NCBI GenBank assembly: GCA_018669975.1
Contig: JABHSK010000001.1
Span: 88,394 to 152,393, forward strand
Length of the DNA: 64,000 bases
Direction: 5' to 3'
Origin: Candidatus Parcubacteria bacterium
GTDB lineage: Bacteria > Patescibacteriota > Patescibacteriia > UBA1558 > GWA2-36-10
Shown: positions 55,080 through 64,000 of the stretch, piece by piece
Numbering within the stretch: position 1 is the stretch's first letter
How the letters are laid out: each line of letters starts with the position of its first letter
The notes under the pieces: generated by a model
Told to the model about the DNA's origin: nothing
Seen by the model: only the letters and a program-made list of their open reading frames with translations
The model's database searches: none
Made by a program: the position numbers and the translations under genes

Positions 55080-57737
55080 TTAATATTTGATATTAAAAAA
55101 CTTTTTTACATTCACTGGAAGCTGACACTCACCATATTCTTTATCAATCTTAATATTTGTATCGATTATTTTTTCTGCATTTATTTTTTCTTCTTCGAGT
55201 CGATCCACTGACTGCTCGCTTATTATTAAATCCAATATACTTCCACCGCTATTATCTTCAATTTTATTATCAAATAACTCCTGATTTAATTTTGCGCTTG
55301 CCTCCTCTATCTTGAGCAGTTCGTTCTTCATTTTTAATTGAATACTTCTCTTGTGTTTTAAGGCCATAAAATGCAACGACTCTCTTAACTTCTCTTTACT
55401 GACTGGCTCTTGTAATAATTCTTCCCAGGACAAATCAGGAAGTTTAAAATCATTGTTAATGAAAAACAATTGGTCATATATTTTTTTTATTATTTCCGTA
55501 CTAATTACATTTACTAATAATTTTTCTGGAACTTTTTTGATAAAATCTTTTATACCATAAAATATATCAGCCAGCTCTTTATACTTTTCTTCAATGATCT
55601 CAAAGCTATCATCATCATTCTCTATTATGTGTAGAGAATATAACACAAAGCAAAGCGGTAAAGCAATTATGTTTACTAGCGAAATTAACTTATATTCATC
55701 CTCCTTAAGTTCATTAAACAAAAAATCACCTTCTTTAATGTCAGACCACATCCTATATAGCAAGTTAATAGAGCTGTCAATATAATCCTTTTTTGACATT
55801 AATACATTAGTTTGCTCATCCCCAAACTCTATCTTAATACCATTCTGAAACCAAGTTAAAGATGCAATCAACTGATTTATTGCCATTGCAGCGGATAAAT
55901 CTAACTTAAAATCTTTTTTATTTATTTGAGTTACAGTGCGATCTACAGTTCTATTCACCAAAGAATTTAATTTTTGTTTCACGTCTTCTATTCCTGGTGA
56001 TTCATCTTTGTCTTTTTTATTTTCTTCTTTGTCCAAGCTAACGTCCTCTTTAACAACATATTTCTTGTAGTGGTCTTGCACCTGTCTAGCTACACCACCA
56101 AACAACTGTCCAAAAATATCATATTTATCATTAGCAACTGCTCTTGTTAATATAGTAGATGCATCTTGATATTCTGATTTTTCTTCCACAAAATATCTTT
56201 GCTCCGGCAATTCTACTTGTTCCTCTAGTTCCTCTTGCTCACCTAGTTTACTGCCTTTGAATATGTTATTTTCATACCCCTGCTTAACCTCAAAGGGAGT
56301 AGTAAGTTCTATTATAGACTTTGCTATTTCAATATTATCAATATAACTACCAATAGAATTAAGATGTCCTGTAATTTTATTTTCTGCACCTGGTTTATAA
56401 ATAGTATAATTATGTAACCAAACCTTGTTACTTGTATCACCTCTCATTTTTAAACAAATAATATTTGTGTTTTTGCTGAGATGTTCTTTTATAGTTAAAT
56501 CTAATAAACATTCAATTCTACCTTCTCCACTGTTAATATTTTCTTTTATAACTTCAACATCATTTATAATTACACCAACCTTACCCTTAGCTTCTGAATA
56601 GTAGTCGATATAAAGAATAGACTCCTTAATAAAGGCTCCCTTAACTTGTATTTTGTTTTTAGATATTGATGGTATATAATCTTTCGATATATCCGAAACT
56701 CTAATGTCAGTTATTTTCTCAATCTTCTCTTTAGTTATATGATTATTCCAAATATTGGAGATACCTGAGCCTATAGTTTTCTCTGCGTTTATAAACATAC
56801 CGCATTCAACATTCCCGTTATTAGCATATTTAATTAATGCGGGTGATGAAATATTAGCGCTTCCGGAAAATAAATATTCATGAGAAGCATTACAAAAATA
56901 AAGCATTTTAGCATGCAATCTTCGTGAAGTATCGTCAGCTTTAAATTTGTGAAGTGAAACAAAAGGTAAGCTAGTTTTATTCTCTATAAAATATTTAATA
57001 GGAAAATTAGTAGTGTGGTCTTGAATAATTATTTTTATCTTAGTATTGCTATATATTTTTTTTAGTTTATCAATAACCGCTAGCTTACTATCAAAGTATG
57101 GTGCCATTAATACGATCTCATCAATGTCTTGGGGTAGTTGTTTTGTAATTTGATCGAGCAACGGTGTATCTAGATTATGTAAAAATAAATTATTACTTGA
57201 CTCAGCATCTTTTGGTATCCAACCAGTATCATTTAAAATATTATTAATCCTTTTCTCTGTTGCGGGGTTCAGATAATTACGCTTTGTTAAGTCTATAATA
57301 AAGTCTTTTACATTTTTAAATACGGGTAAATGTTCTTTATTATCTTCGGAATATTCATACTTATTAAACATTTCAAAACTACTACCATACCCCGGAACAG
57401 TTAAATTGCCACTACCAATTAATACTTTACCTTTTGTTTTACTTGTTAACAAAATTATCTTTGGATGAAATACTCCTTTAACTCTAATTGGATCAAGCGA
57501 ATAGTACTTACTACCACAAAACTGAATATCTCCTACCTCTTCATTTATAACGTCTTCGTACTGAGAACCATCCATTATAATCGCATTACAATAACAACCA
57601 GAGTTCACTAAATTTTTTAAAATAATTTTTTCGTAAAACGCAAGGCTACTATTGTAAGTTAAAATTAAGCAGTGTTCGTAATCATTACTGCTAATAATTT
57701 CATCTATAATGCTAATTGTTTTATTTTGTATGCTCAT
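55080..57737 (-). CDS. Phospholipase-D-family (tandem HKD) nuclease with 550-aa C-terminal unknown region
   Basis: HKD motif 1 is HPKIILLTSKTKGKVLIGSGNLT. HKD motif 2 is HAKMLYFCNASHEYLFSGSANIS. 885 aa in total. Confidence 0.75.
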   Translation of the reverse strand: MSIQNKTISIIDEIISSNDYEHCLILTYNSSLAFYEKIILKNLVNSGCYCNAIIMDGSQYEDVINEEVGDIQFCGSKYYSLDPIRVKGVFHPKIILLTSKTKGKVLIGSGNLTVPGYGSSFEMFNKYEYSEDNKEHLPVFKNVKDFIIDLTKRNYLNPATEKRINNILNDTGWIPKDAESSNNLFLHNLDTPLLDQITKQLPQDIDEIVLMAPYFDSKLAVIDKLKKIYSNTKIKIIIQDHTTNFPIKYFIENKTSLPFVSLHKFKADDTSRRLHAKMLYFCNASHEYLFSGSANISSPALIKYANNGNVECGMFINAEKTIGSGISNIWNNHITKEKIEKITDIRVSDISKDYIPSISKNKIQVKGAFIKESILYIDYYSEAKGKVGVIINDVEVIKENINSGEGRIECLLDLTIKEHLSKNTNIICLKMRGDTSNKVWLHNYTIYKPGAENKITGHLNSIGSYIDNIEIAKSIIELTTPFEVKQGYENNIFKGSKLGEQEELEEQVELPEQRYFVEEKSEYQDASTILTRAVANDKYDIFGQLFGGVARQVQDHYKKYVVKEDVSLDKEENKKDKDESPGIEDVKQKLNSLVNRTVDRTVTQINKKDFKLDLSAAMAINQLIASLTWFQNGIKIEFGDEQTNVLMSKKDYIDSSINLLYRMWSDIKEGDFLFNELKEDEYKLISLVNIIALPLCFVLYSLHIIENDDDSFEIIEEKYKELADIFYGIKDFIKKVPEKLLVNVISTEIIKKIYDQLFFINNDFKLPDLSWEELLQEPVSKEKLRESLHFMALKHKRSIQLKMKNELLKIEEASAKLNQELFDNKIEDNSGGSILDLIISEQSVDRLEEEKINAEKIIDTNIKIDKEYGECQLPVNVKKFFNIKY

Positions 57738-59385
57738 TTAATATTTTCTTACCTTTGATGGTTATAGACACCTTCTTCTCGTTTCTTCTTTCGACAAGGT
57801 TTAAATCTTCTAAAAAATTAATAACATTTTCAAATTTTGGTGCATTTATGTTCGGTCTTGCTTCCTTAATTCCCTTTATTCTACCGGCGCTATATTCAAA
57901 ATGAAAAGTATTGTTCTTGTACCAAGATAGCTTGGCTAGAGCTACTCGACAGTGTTGTTTGATTACAAGTTCCTTCGCTATCCATTCAACCATATCTTTA
58001 ATTTTTAAATCCTTATCAGTTAATTTTTCAAAACCTAAAAAGAAATCATCAATTGACAAGCTGACTGTCTCTCCGATACGCCCAAAATCCCAATATGGCG
58101 AATTGTTAACTCTGTAATAATTAAATCTTAAATATAAAACTGACAACAAATATACTAAATGTGCTAAACAGTCTTTATTATTATTACTTTTTATATTCTT
58201 TTGAACATTTTTATAAACATCCCACTCATTAATCTTTGATTCCAGGTTACAACTTTTATCAAAGTCGCTTCCAGTTTTTCCTGCAGATATAATTTTCACT
58301 AAATCTTTTAGCTTAGTATCTATACTTAATTCTTGCTCGTAGTTATCATTTACCGACTGAAAGCCATCTTCAGTTAAATTATTTAATTCTCTAATGAACG
58401 CCGACAAATCAATATTTCGATTATAAACTACCTCTGTCATAACTGAAAAATAACTTTCTATTGCGTATATCAGCAATTGTCTAGCTTGGAATATTCTCCA
58501 GTACTCTAAACAATTAACTAATTTCTTGTTAGATTTATATCCTAAATTTTGAACATTTGAATAAAGCACAATCTTTTGAAAATCTTCATAGTCAAAGCTT
58601 TGGTCCCCTTTCTGTTCTACCATATCCAACATCAACAATAATGACTCTCTTCTTGCCCTAGCCCCATTAGGAGGGTTATCCGAATAATAAACACTAAAAT
58701 CATTAAGCTCTTTGCTAATTTTCTCAGGTCTAAAAATTATATCCTGTAATAATTGCTGTTCTTTAATAGAAATATGTAAGTTAGTCACACTACATTTCTC
58801 CGCATACTCTTTTAATACATCTGCTGGGATATTATTATCTTTTTTATCGCAATATTTTTTGAAATATTTTGTGTCTTTGATGTTGTCTTCATAGGCCTCA
58901 GCTAAGCTCTTGCCATAAGTTTTTGTTAATCCAATAAAATCAGCCCCCTCAATATCAGCAGTAATGCCAACCTGTTTCATTTTTTGCGAATATATCCAGT
59001 AGTTATCTTTATACTTACTTACAAATGCGTCATCCCATTCGTATGTTTCTTTCTCTCCGTTGTTTTTAATGTCTGTTCGGAATATTTCAATACCATTTAA
59101 ACCAACCTTCGATGAATCCTGATGTAAAAAACCATTAGCATACAAAAAAGCTAATGATTTTATTTTTAAATACTTTTTATAATTTTTATTATTTTTAGGA
59201 TGGTCAGACTTAATAAACCTATATAAGACCCAGGAGAAAAAAGAATAATATCTTAACCTGTCAGTGATATTTGATATCCCAGGCAACAATCTTTCTAGCA
59301 TAATAACACCAACATTCATGTAACCTAAAAAATCTCTACCACCCTGAGCTGTGTTATATTTTTCTGTCCACTGAGGTAATATCAT
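57721..59385 (-). CDS. Large hypothetical protein (554 aa), translationally coupled to the PLD gene
   Basis: Overlaps the PLD gene start by 17 bp. No domain recognized. Confidence 0.55.
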   Translation of the reverse strand: MILPQWTEKYNTAQGGRDFLGYMNVGVIMLERLLPGISNITDRLRYYSFFSWVLYRFIKSDHPKNNKNYKKYLKIKSLAFLYANGFLHQDSSKVGLNGIEIFRTDIKNNGEKETYEWDDAFVSKYKDNYWIYSQKMKQVGITADIEGADFIGLTKTYGKSLAEAYEDNIKDTKYFKKYCDKKDNNIPADVLKEYAEKCSVTNLHISIKEQQLLQDIIFRPEKISKELNDFSVYYSDNPPNGARARRESLLLMLDMVEQKGDQSFDYEDFQKIVLYSNVQNLGYKSNKKLVNCLEYWRIFQARQLLIYAIESYFSVMTEVVYNRNIDLSAFIRELNNLTEDGFQSVNDNYEQELSIDTKLKDLVKIISAGKTGSDFDKSCNLESKINEWDVYKNVQKNIKSNNNKDCLAHLVYLLSVLYLRFNYYRVNNSPYWDFGRIGETVSLSIDDFFLGFEKLTDKDLKIKDMVEWIAKELVIKQHCRVALAKLSWYKNNTFHFEYSAGRIKGIKEARPNINAPKFENVINFLEDLNLVERRNEKKVSITIKGKKILNEHTK

Positions 59386-59398
59386 TTAATTTTTTACA

Positions 59399-60895
59399 CT
59401 ATTTAACTTTATTTAATACCTTATATATCTCCACCATTGCTAAAGTATCCAACTTACAATATTTTAACAAATCAGATAAAATTTTATCCTTGTCCTCTTG
59501 ATTTTTACCACCTATAATTGTTTCCATCCAAATACGTTGAGCAGCGGCTCCCCCGCCAATATCTAATTCTTTATAGCTAAGACTTGGAATAAGCACTGGC
59601 AATACTTTTTTTATAGAGGCACTACCAAAAAAATCTTTATCCGCATACCAGCCCTCTGCAAAAGGTATCATTAAATCTACAATTCTATCATTTACATCAA
59701 GTAAAAAATCACTATGCTCTGGTAAAATATCTGCCATTGTAATATTACACCTTTTTTCAAAGCCCTCGCACCAGACAATAACTGATCCTTTCTCTCCAAT
59801 ATCTTTTTTTAATTGCTTCAAAAGACCCTCTACTGGTAGAGTATTATCTACGTGTAAATACTCCTTATGTTTCAGCTCACCATCAGGAGATTCTAATACA
59901 TGTAGAGAATATTGAAATGGTATCTGTTGATATGGCTTTATACCGTTATAAGCTGGTATAACACCAGATAAAGTCTCATAATCTAAAAAATAAAGTGGGT
60001 ATTGAAAAGTCTTTAAAAAATCTTTAATTTCTTCTTTACTAATTATCCTTTCTCCGCTCTTAGTTGCCTGAACTTGATAATGTTGTTTTACGGTGAGATT
60101 AGTATCATCGGGAACATCATGTATAGATATAACTCCATCGTCTTCAAAATTACCTATCTTTCTAACTCCAGGGCTACATAAATTATATATACTATATTTA
60201 TCTAAGTCTGGATTAAGAATTTTATAAATATCCAACCAATTACTAAACGCTCCCGACTTAGCGTGCCGAGGTGATGGGTCTGGCATCTCTGTTGCTACTA
60301 ATACTGCCTTGGCCTTATCTATATTAACAAGTGTTTCATCTATCATACTTCTGACTGCTGTTGTAACTTCTGTAGTAGTGGTAATTTCATTATAATCAAT
60401 ATCTCCATCTCTAACATATTCATTGTTTACATGAATAACAAAAACATCTTTAATGTTTAAGCCAGATTTTTCTAAAACAATAGTTTGAAATGCTAAATCA
60501 TACTCGTGTTCTTTTTTAGCTTTGGTGCTTGATTTAATTTCATAGAGATTATATGTACCATCTTCATTCCGTTCCAAAGCATCAAATATACACGTTATAC
60601 CATCAACTTCTAAACGCCCTTGGAATAATATCTTTGTATTATCTACAAGAGCTTTCTTGGTAACAGCTGGTAAAGCCATATATTTTTTAAAATCAAATTC
60701 TCCTTTAGTTTTATATCCTAGAGTTATTCCATCTGGAAAAAGTTTTTCTGCGTATGATTCAAATAAATTACCAGCATCAAAAACTGCTTGAGTATCAGCA
60801 TCAACCTCTGGTAATATTTTTTTATTATGTTTTTCTAGCCATAGCCAAACAGGATGCCTGAGGTATAACATGTAATTTGATTTTGACAGGATCAT
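59399..60895 (-). CDS. DUF2779-like protein: N-terminal PD-(D/E)xK nuclease plus C-terminal DnaQ-like exonuclease fold
   Basis: IFDALERNEDGTYNLYEIKSS gives the D...ExK motif. The C-terminal YFLDYETLSGVIPAYNGIKPYQQIPFQYS is typical of DUF2779. Confidence 0.6.
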   Translation of the reverse strand: MILSKSNYMLYLRHPVWLWLEKHNKKILPEVDADTQAVFDAGNLFESYAEKLFPDGITLGYKTKGEFDFKKYMALPAVTKKALVDNTKILFQGRLEVDGITCIFDALERNEDGTYNLYEIKSSTKAKKEHEYDLAFQTIVLEKSGLNIKDVFVIHVNNEYVRDGDIDYNEITTTTEVTTAVRSMIDETLVNIDKAKAVLVATEMPDPSPRHAKSGAFSNWLDIYKILNPDLDKYSIYNLCSPGVRKIGNFEDDGVISIHDVPDDTNLTVKQHYQVQATKSGERIISKEEIKDFLKTFQYPLYFLDYETLSGVIPAYNGIKPYQQIPFQYSLHVLESPDGELKHKEYLHVDNTLPVEGLLKQLKKDIGEKGSVIVWCEGFEKRCNITMADILPEHSDFLLDVNDRIVDLMIPFAEGWYADKDFFGSASIKKVLPVLIPSLSYKELDIGGGAAAQRIWMETIIGGKNQEDKDKILSDLLKYCKLDTLAMVEIYKVLNKVK

Positions 60896-61090
60896 ATTTT
60901 TTCTATTATACCAGTTTTTGTCTTGGTATTTTGTAATATTCGGACATAAAATTATTCACGTTAGAGCTTTAAGTATAAATGTTAAATACTTTTAATAAAA
61001 TTTCATTTAACATATTATAATTTAATAATAAATACTCTAAAAAATTAAAAAACAAAAAAATTACCTAACTACATTAATAAACCTACTTAA

Positions 61091-61621
61091 TTATTTTTTT
61101 CTTTTTTTATATACCATATCATTTTCAATGTCTTTATTCATTATATCCCTCAACCAATCTGCTATGCTCATATCTGACTTTTTAGCTTTCCACTGCAGAT
61201 AATCTTTTAACTTTTGTGACACACGAAAGGTATATTTTATAGATTTTTTATTTTTTTTCAATATTTCTATAAATTCAAATAACTTCAAAGATAAATTGCT
61301 TACATTATAAAATCTTGTAAACAAAAATTTATGATGCTTGCTATCTTTTTGCAAGTCATTTAAATATTTATTGTTATCTTCATTTTCTGGAAGTAAAAGT
61401 AAGACCTTTTTTCTTTGAGACAAAGCTTTGTTCAAAAAATATATACTTTTAACATTTAATGAATTTAAACAGATAATATAAGCATCTACTTCTTTAAATA
61501 TTTCATTTTTTAAAAATTCCTGATTAGCATCCTTATAGAAACTAATATTATTACTCTCTAGTAAATTCTCTACATGATTTGCTTTTTTAAAGTCCTGACT
61601 TAAATATAGATAAGATATCAT
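61091..61621 (-). CDS. Small protein with C-terminal ribbon-helix-helix (CopG/ParD-like) segment
   Basis: KYTFRVSQKLKDYLQWKAKKSDMSIADWLRDIMNKDIEND resembles an RHH motif. The N-terminal 110 aa are unassigned. Confidence 0.45.
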   Translation of the reverse strand: MISYLYLSQDFKKANHVENLLESNNISFYKDANQEFLKNEIFKEVDAYIICLNSLNVKSIYFLNKALSQRKKVLLLLPENEDNNKYLNDLQKDSKHHKFLFTRFYNVSNLSLKLFEFIEILKKNKKSIKYTFRVSQKLKDYLQWKAKKSDMSIADWLRDIMNKDIENDMVYKKRKK

Positions 61622-61635
61622 ATTATTTCTATTAC

Positions 61636-62697
61636 TTAATTATTTATGGAAGCAATAACTCCTCTGCCGAAAATATATTCCTTATGATAGTTAATCGAAA
61701 CTAATGAGGGGTAAAATTCCGTATCTTTAGGTAAAAAATTTATTTTTTGAATTTTCGGCAAATAATCATGTTCTTTAACTCTTGGATCAATTAAAATATT
61801 GTAATTTTCATCAAAAGTAATTGCTCCAGAATCTAATGCTTTATGCAAATCTGAAGTAATTAAAATACCATTATTTACATCGTATGAACCGCCATGAGAA
61901 ACAGGAATAATATGGGCAGCTTCTAATAGATTACTCTCTTTAAATACAAAATACTTGCCCGTTATTGCACAGATTCCTTCATAAACATCCAATAATTCAT
62001 TTCTAAAATTAACCTGATCTAAACCCCTTCCTATTATCCTATATTTATTACGTTCTGTATCTTTTTTGTGTCTAGGTATATTTTCAATTTCTGCAAAAAA
62101 TATTTCTAAAAAATCTTTAACATTGCTATTCAATTTTTCTCCATTTTCATCTTGAATAGCTAACCCAGCATTTTTTAAATAATTAAGCCAATAAGAATAG
62201 GGGCGCATAGCTTCTTCCATATTACTCTTTACTAGGCTATTGAAGTCTGGCTCCCTTTCATTATTTGTATAATAAATAATCTCATTTATGGGTAACGAAA
62301 GAAAATTTTTAATTTCATCCCTATCCCAATATTTGTCTACCCCATATTTTAAAAACAAAAATTTACATAAAACAGCATATGGCCTAAATCCATTAAAACT
62401 ATATGTCCCTAATATACTAGCTATCATTTTTTGATATTGATCTTTGTTTTTGCTTCCATAAATATTTAATAGTTCATTACCAATATCTGTGATTTCCCAC
62501 TTACTTGTTTTTTTAAGAATGTTTAATTTTTTTAAATCTGGGTACTTAGATTTTAAAATAACTGGTTTAGATTTCGCATAAAACTCAAGATTATTTTGAT
62601 TTTCGTATAATTCTTTAATAAGGGTATCAATATTATTTTTGATATCACTTAAAATCTGATAAAAATATTTTATTTCATTCTTCCTTTTTCTATTCAT
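61636..62697 (-). CDS. HNH-motif restriction endonuclease (putative R subunit)
   Basis: The C-terminal LEAAHIIPVSHGGSYDVNNGILITSDLHKALD matches the HNH His/Asn pattern. Overlaps the methyltransferase gene by 8 bp. Confidence 0.6.
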   Translation of the reverse strand: MNRKRKNEIKYFYQILSDIKNNIDTLIKELYENQNNLEFYAKSKPVILKSKYPDLKKLNILKKTSKWEITDIGNELLNIYGSKNKDQYQKMIASILGTYSFNGFRPYAVLCKFLFLKYGVDKYWDRDEIKNFLSLPINEIIYYTNNEREPDFNSLVKSNMEEAMRPYSYWLNYLKNAGLAIQDENGEKLNSNVKDFLEIFFAEIENIPRHKKDTERNKYRIIGRGLDQVNFRNELLDVYEGICAITGKYFVFKESNLLEAAHIIPVSHGGSYDVNNGILITSDLHKALDSGAITFDENYNILIDPRVKEHDYLPKIQKINFLPKDTEFYPSLVSINYHKEYIFGRGVIASINN

Positions 62698-63382
62698 ATA
62701 ATCTTTTACGTGCTAAATTACAATATTTCTTATTATTTTCAAAGCCAATAAACTTTTTTTTCATTCTTTTAGCCACTAACATAGTCGTGCCACTTCCAAC
62801 GAATGGATCTAAAACAATTTTAGATTTAGGAAAACAGCTCAATATATCTTCAACCATTTTTTCTGGAAATGCGCGAGTATGGCTGCCTTTAATACCAACT
62901 GGCCTCCACTCTTTCCAATCAAAAACATCATGATGATTTATATTATTTTCAAGTACTGTCTTTCTGTCCTTAACTAACCAATATATTCTTTCTGTCCAGG
63001 GATAAAATCTGATTTTGTGAAAATTTTGACTTCTGTTTATCCACACAAGCTCCTGCTTTATAAGAAAATTAGTTTTAAATAACCACTCATATGGAGAAAT
63101 CTGCGAACCATTCTTTATTCTGTTTTTATGATTATAAAAAATTGAACCATTATTTTTTAAAACACGGAAACACTCATTTAATACTTGTAACTGAAAATCT
63201 TGATAGTCAGATTCTTTCATATTATCCTCATAAGGTTTATGCTTTTTGAAACCTGTATGATGATCATTGCCTAAATTATATGGGGGCGAAGTAATTATTA
63301 AATCAATAGAATTGCTATCTATCTTACCTAGACCTTTTAAACAATCAATGCATTTTATTTTATTTAAAAAAATTTTATTCAT
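62690..63382 (-). CDS. DNA amino-methyltransferase (N6-adenine or N4-cytosine, beta class)
   Basis: Motif IV IITSPPYNLG precedes motif I LDPFVGSGTT. Confidence 0.85.
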   Translation of the reverse strand: MNKIFLNKIKCIDCLKGLGKIDSNSIDLIITSPPYNLGNDHHTGFKKHKPYEDNMKESDYQDFQLQVLNECFRVLKNNGSIFYNHKNRIKNGSQISPYEWLFKTNFLIKQELVWINRSQNFHKIRFYPWTERIYWLVKDRKTVLENNINHHDVFDWKEWRPVGIKGSHTRAFPEKMVEDILSCFPKSKIVLDPFVGSGTTMLVAKRMKKKFIGFENNKKYCNLARKRLYE

Positions 63383-63384
63383 AT

Positions 63385-64000
63385 TTATTTTGTCATTATT
63401 ATAACACTCTCCCTTAATGCTTCCCCATTTTTAAATAATTTTGCCTGCTGAGAGCTAGCGCGTAATTTTCTTGCTATATTAATTTCCACTTTACTAAAAC
63501 CTAAGCGTAATCCAATTTTAGACAAAATCACATCAGTTTTTATTATATGACCTCCATATGCTGAGTTACCAACTATAATAACACAATGCCCGCCCTTCTT
63601 TAGTATATTAAATGCATTTTTCAATACCTCCTCCATATCAAAGAAATAACCGTTTAACATACTTGGAATTTTTTTACTCCACAATTTTTTTTGCTTCAAC
63701 TTTTCTATATCATTAATTAAGAGATCATAATCATTATAATCTTTTAAGTGCTTGTTAAGATGTGACGATAACGATTGTTTTCTGACCACAGACAAATCTT
63801 TATACTCTTTTATATAGTCACTCAACCATAATTCTAATTTATATACTTCTGAATAATCAAAACAATTAGCATATGGAGGAGAAAAAATTATTAAAGATGT
63901 TTCGTTTTTAATTTCATTAATATATCTCTTTGGTATATTTCTACTATCAGCTAATATAACCCTTGATTTTTTTATATTTTTTTTATTATTTTTAATTATG
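63385..64000 (-). CDS. Second DNA amino-methyltransferase; N-terminus lies beyond the window edge
   Basis: The reading frame stays open upstream of the ORF-track TTG start through position 64000 (...VILADSRNIPKRYINEIKNETSLIIFSPPYANCFDYSE...). SPPY motif IV. Confidence 0.7.
   Translation of the reverse strand, partial: IIKNNKKNIKKSRVILADSRNIPKRYINEIKNETSLIIFSPPYANCFDYSEVYKLELWLSDYIKEYKDLSVVRKQSLSSHLNKHLKDYNDYDLLINDIEKLKQKKLWSKKIPSMLNGYFFDMEEVLKNAFNILKKGGHCVIIVGNSAYGGHIIKTDVILSKIGLRLGFSKVEINIARKLRASSQQAKLFKNGEALRESVIIMTK

Larger units (their letters stand above)
37386..64000. mobile_element. Integrated element (integrative island or degenerate prophage), left boundary at the tRNA fragment, continues past the window end
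   Basis: A tyrosine integrase lies adjacent to the tRNA 3' fragment. GC drops to about 28%. There are many small phage-like genes, a putative replication initiator, and cargo nucleases plus an R-M module. The right end is not in the window. Confidence 0.6.

Noticed and set aside
1-64000. CRISPR arrays, rRNA genes and IS elements
   Set aside because: By eye I found no regularly spaced direct repeats with unique spacers, no rRNA-like conserved blocks, and no transposase-like ORFs with terminal inverted repeats.

Overview
This is an AT-rich bacterial chromosomal segment of about 30-39% GC in the native-looking genes. Standard genetic code; taxon cannot be determined from sequence alone. The left two-thirds (1-37.3 kb) carries mostly minus-strand housekeeping genes: a partial S41 C-terminal processing peptidase, murA, hpt, lexA, rpmA, ftsX/ftsE/ftsB, corA, dusB, mutM, rlmN and a NUDIX hydrolase. 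It also carries a 1999-aa acidic coiled-coil membrane protein. Five GC-rich patches (about 48-58% GC) interrupt the AT-rich background. (1) 3.85-9.65 kb holds a Ser/Thr kinase, a PPP-family phosphatase, a vWA-like protein, a radical SAM enzyme, a truncated pyruvate-kinase-like TIM barrel and a type I phosphoribosyltransferase; this resembles the TerY-P triad plus nucleoside-like-metabolite module described next to ter operons. (2) 16.25-16.97 kb encodes a secreted protein at about 58% GC, framed by a perfect sigma70 consensus promoter and an AT-rich intrinsic terminator. (3) 23.7-25.3 kb encodes a membrane protein. (4) 30.0-32.0 kb holds two unknown genes at 55-57% GC. (5) 32.5-35.7 kb is a four-gene plus-strand cluster of membrane-anchored proteins built from a novel tandem 31-32 aa helical repeat. 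At 37.39 kb a tRNA 3' fragment (ends in CCA, 5' half missing) sits next to a tyrosine integrase. From there to the window end runs a roughly 28% GC integrated element. It carries small phage-like genes, a putative replication initiator, secreted proteases, many small membrane proteins, an Asp-less pseudo-receiver, an HD-domain protein and a GC-rich structured candidate ncRNA. It also carries a nuclease-rich candidate defense locus (GIY-YIG protein, 885-aa tandem-HKD PLD nuclease, 554-aa unknown protein, DUF2779-like PD-(D/E)xK plus exonuclease), followed by an R-M module with one HNH endonuclease and two amino-methyltransferases. No CRISPR array and no rRNA were found.
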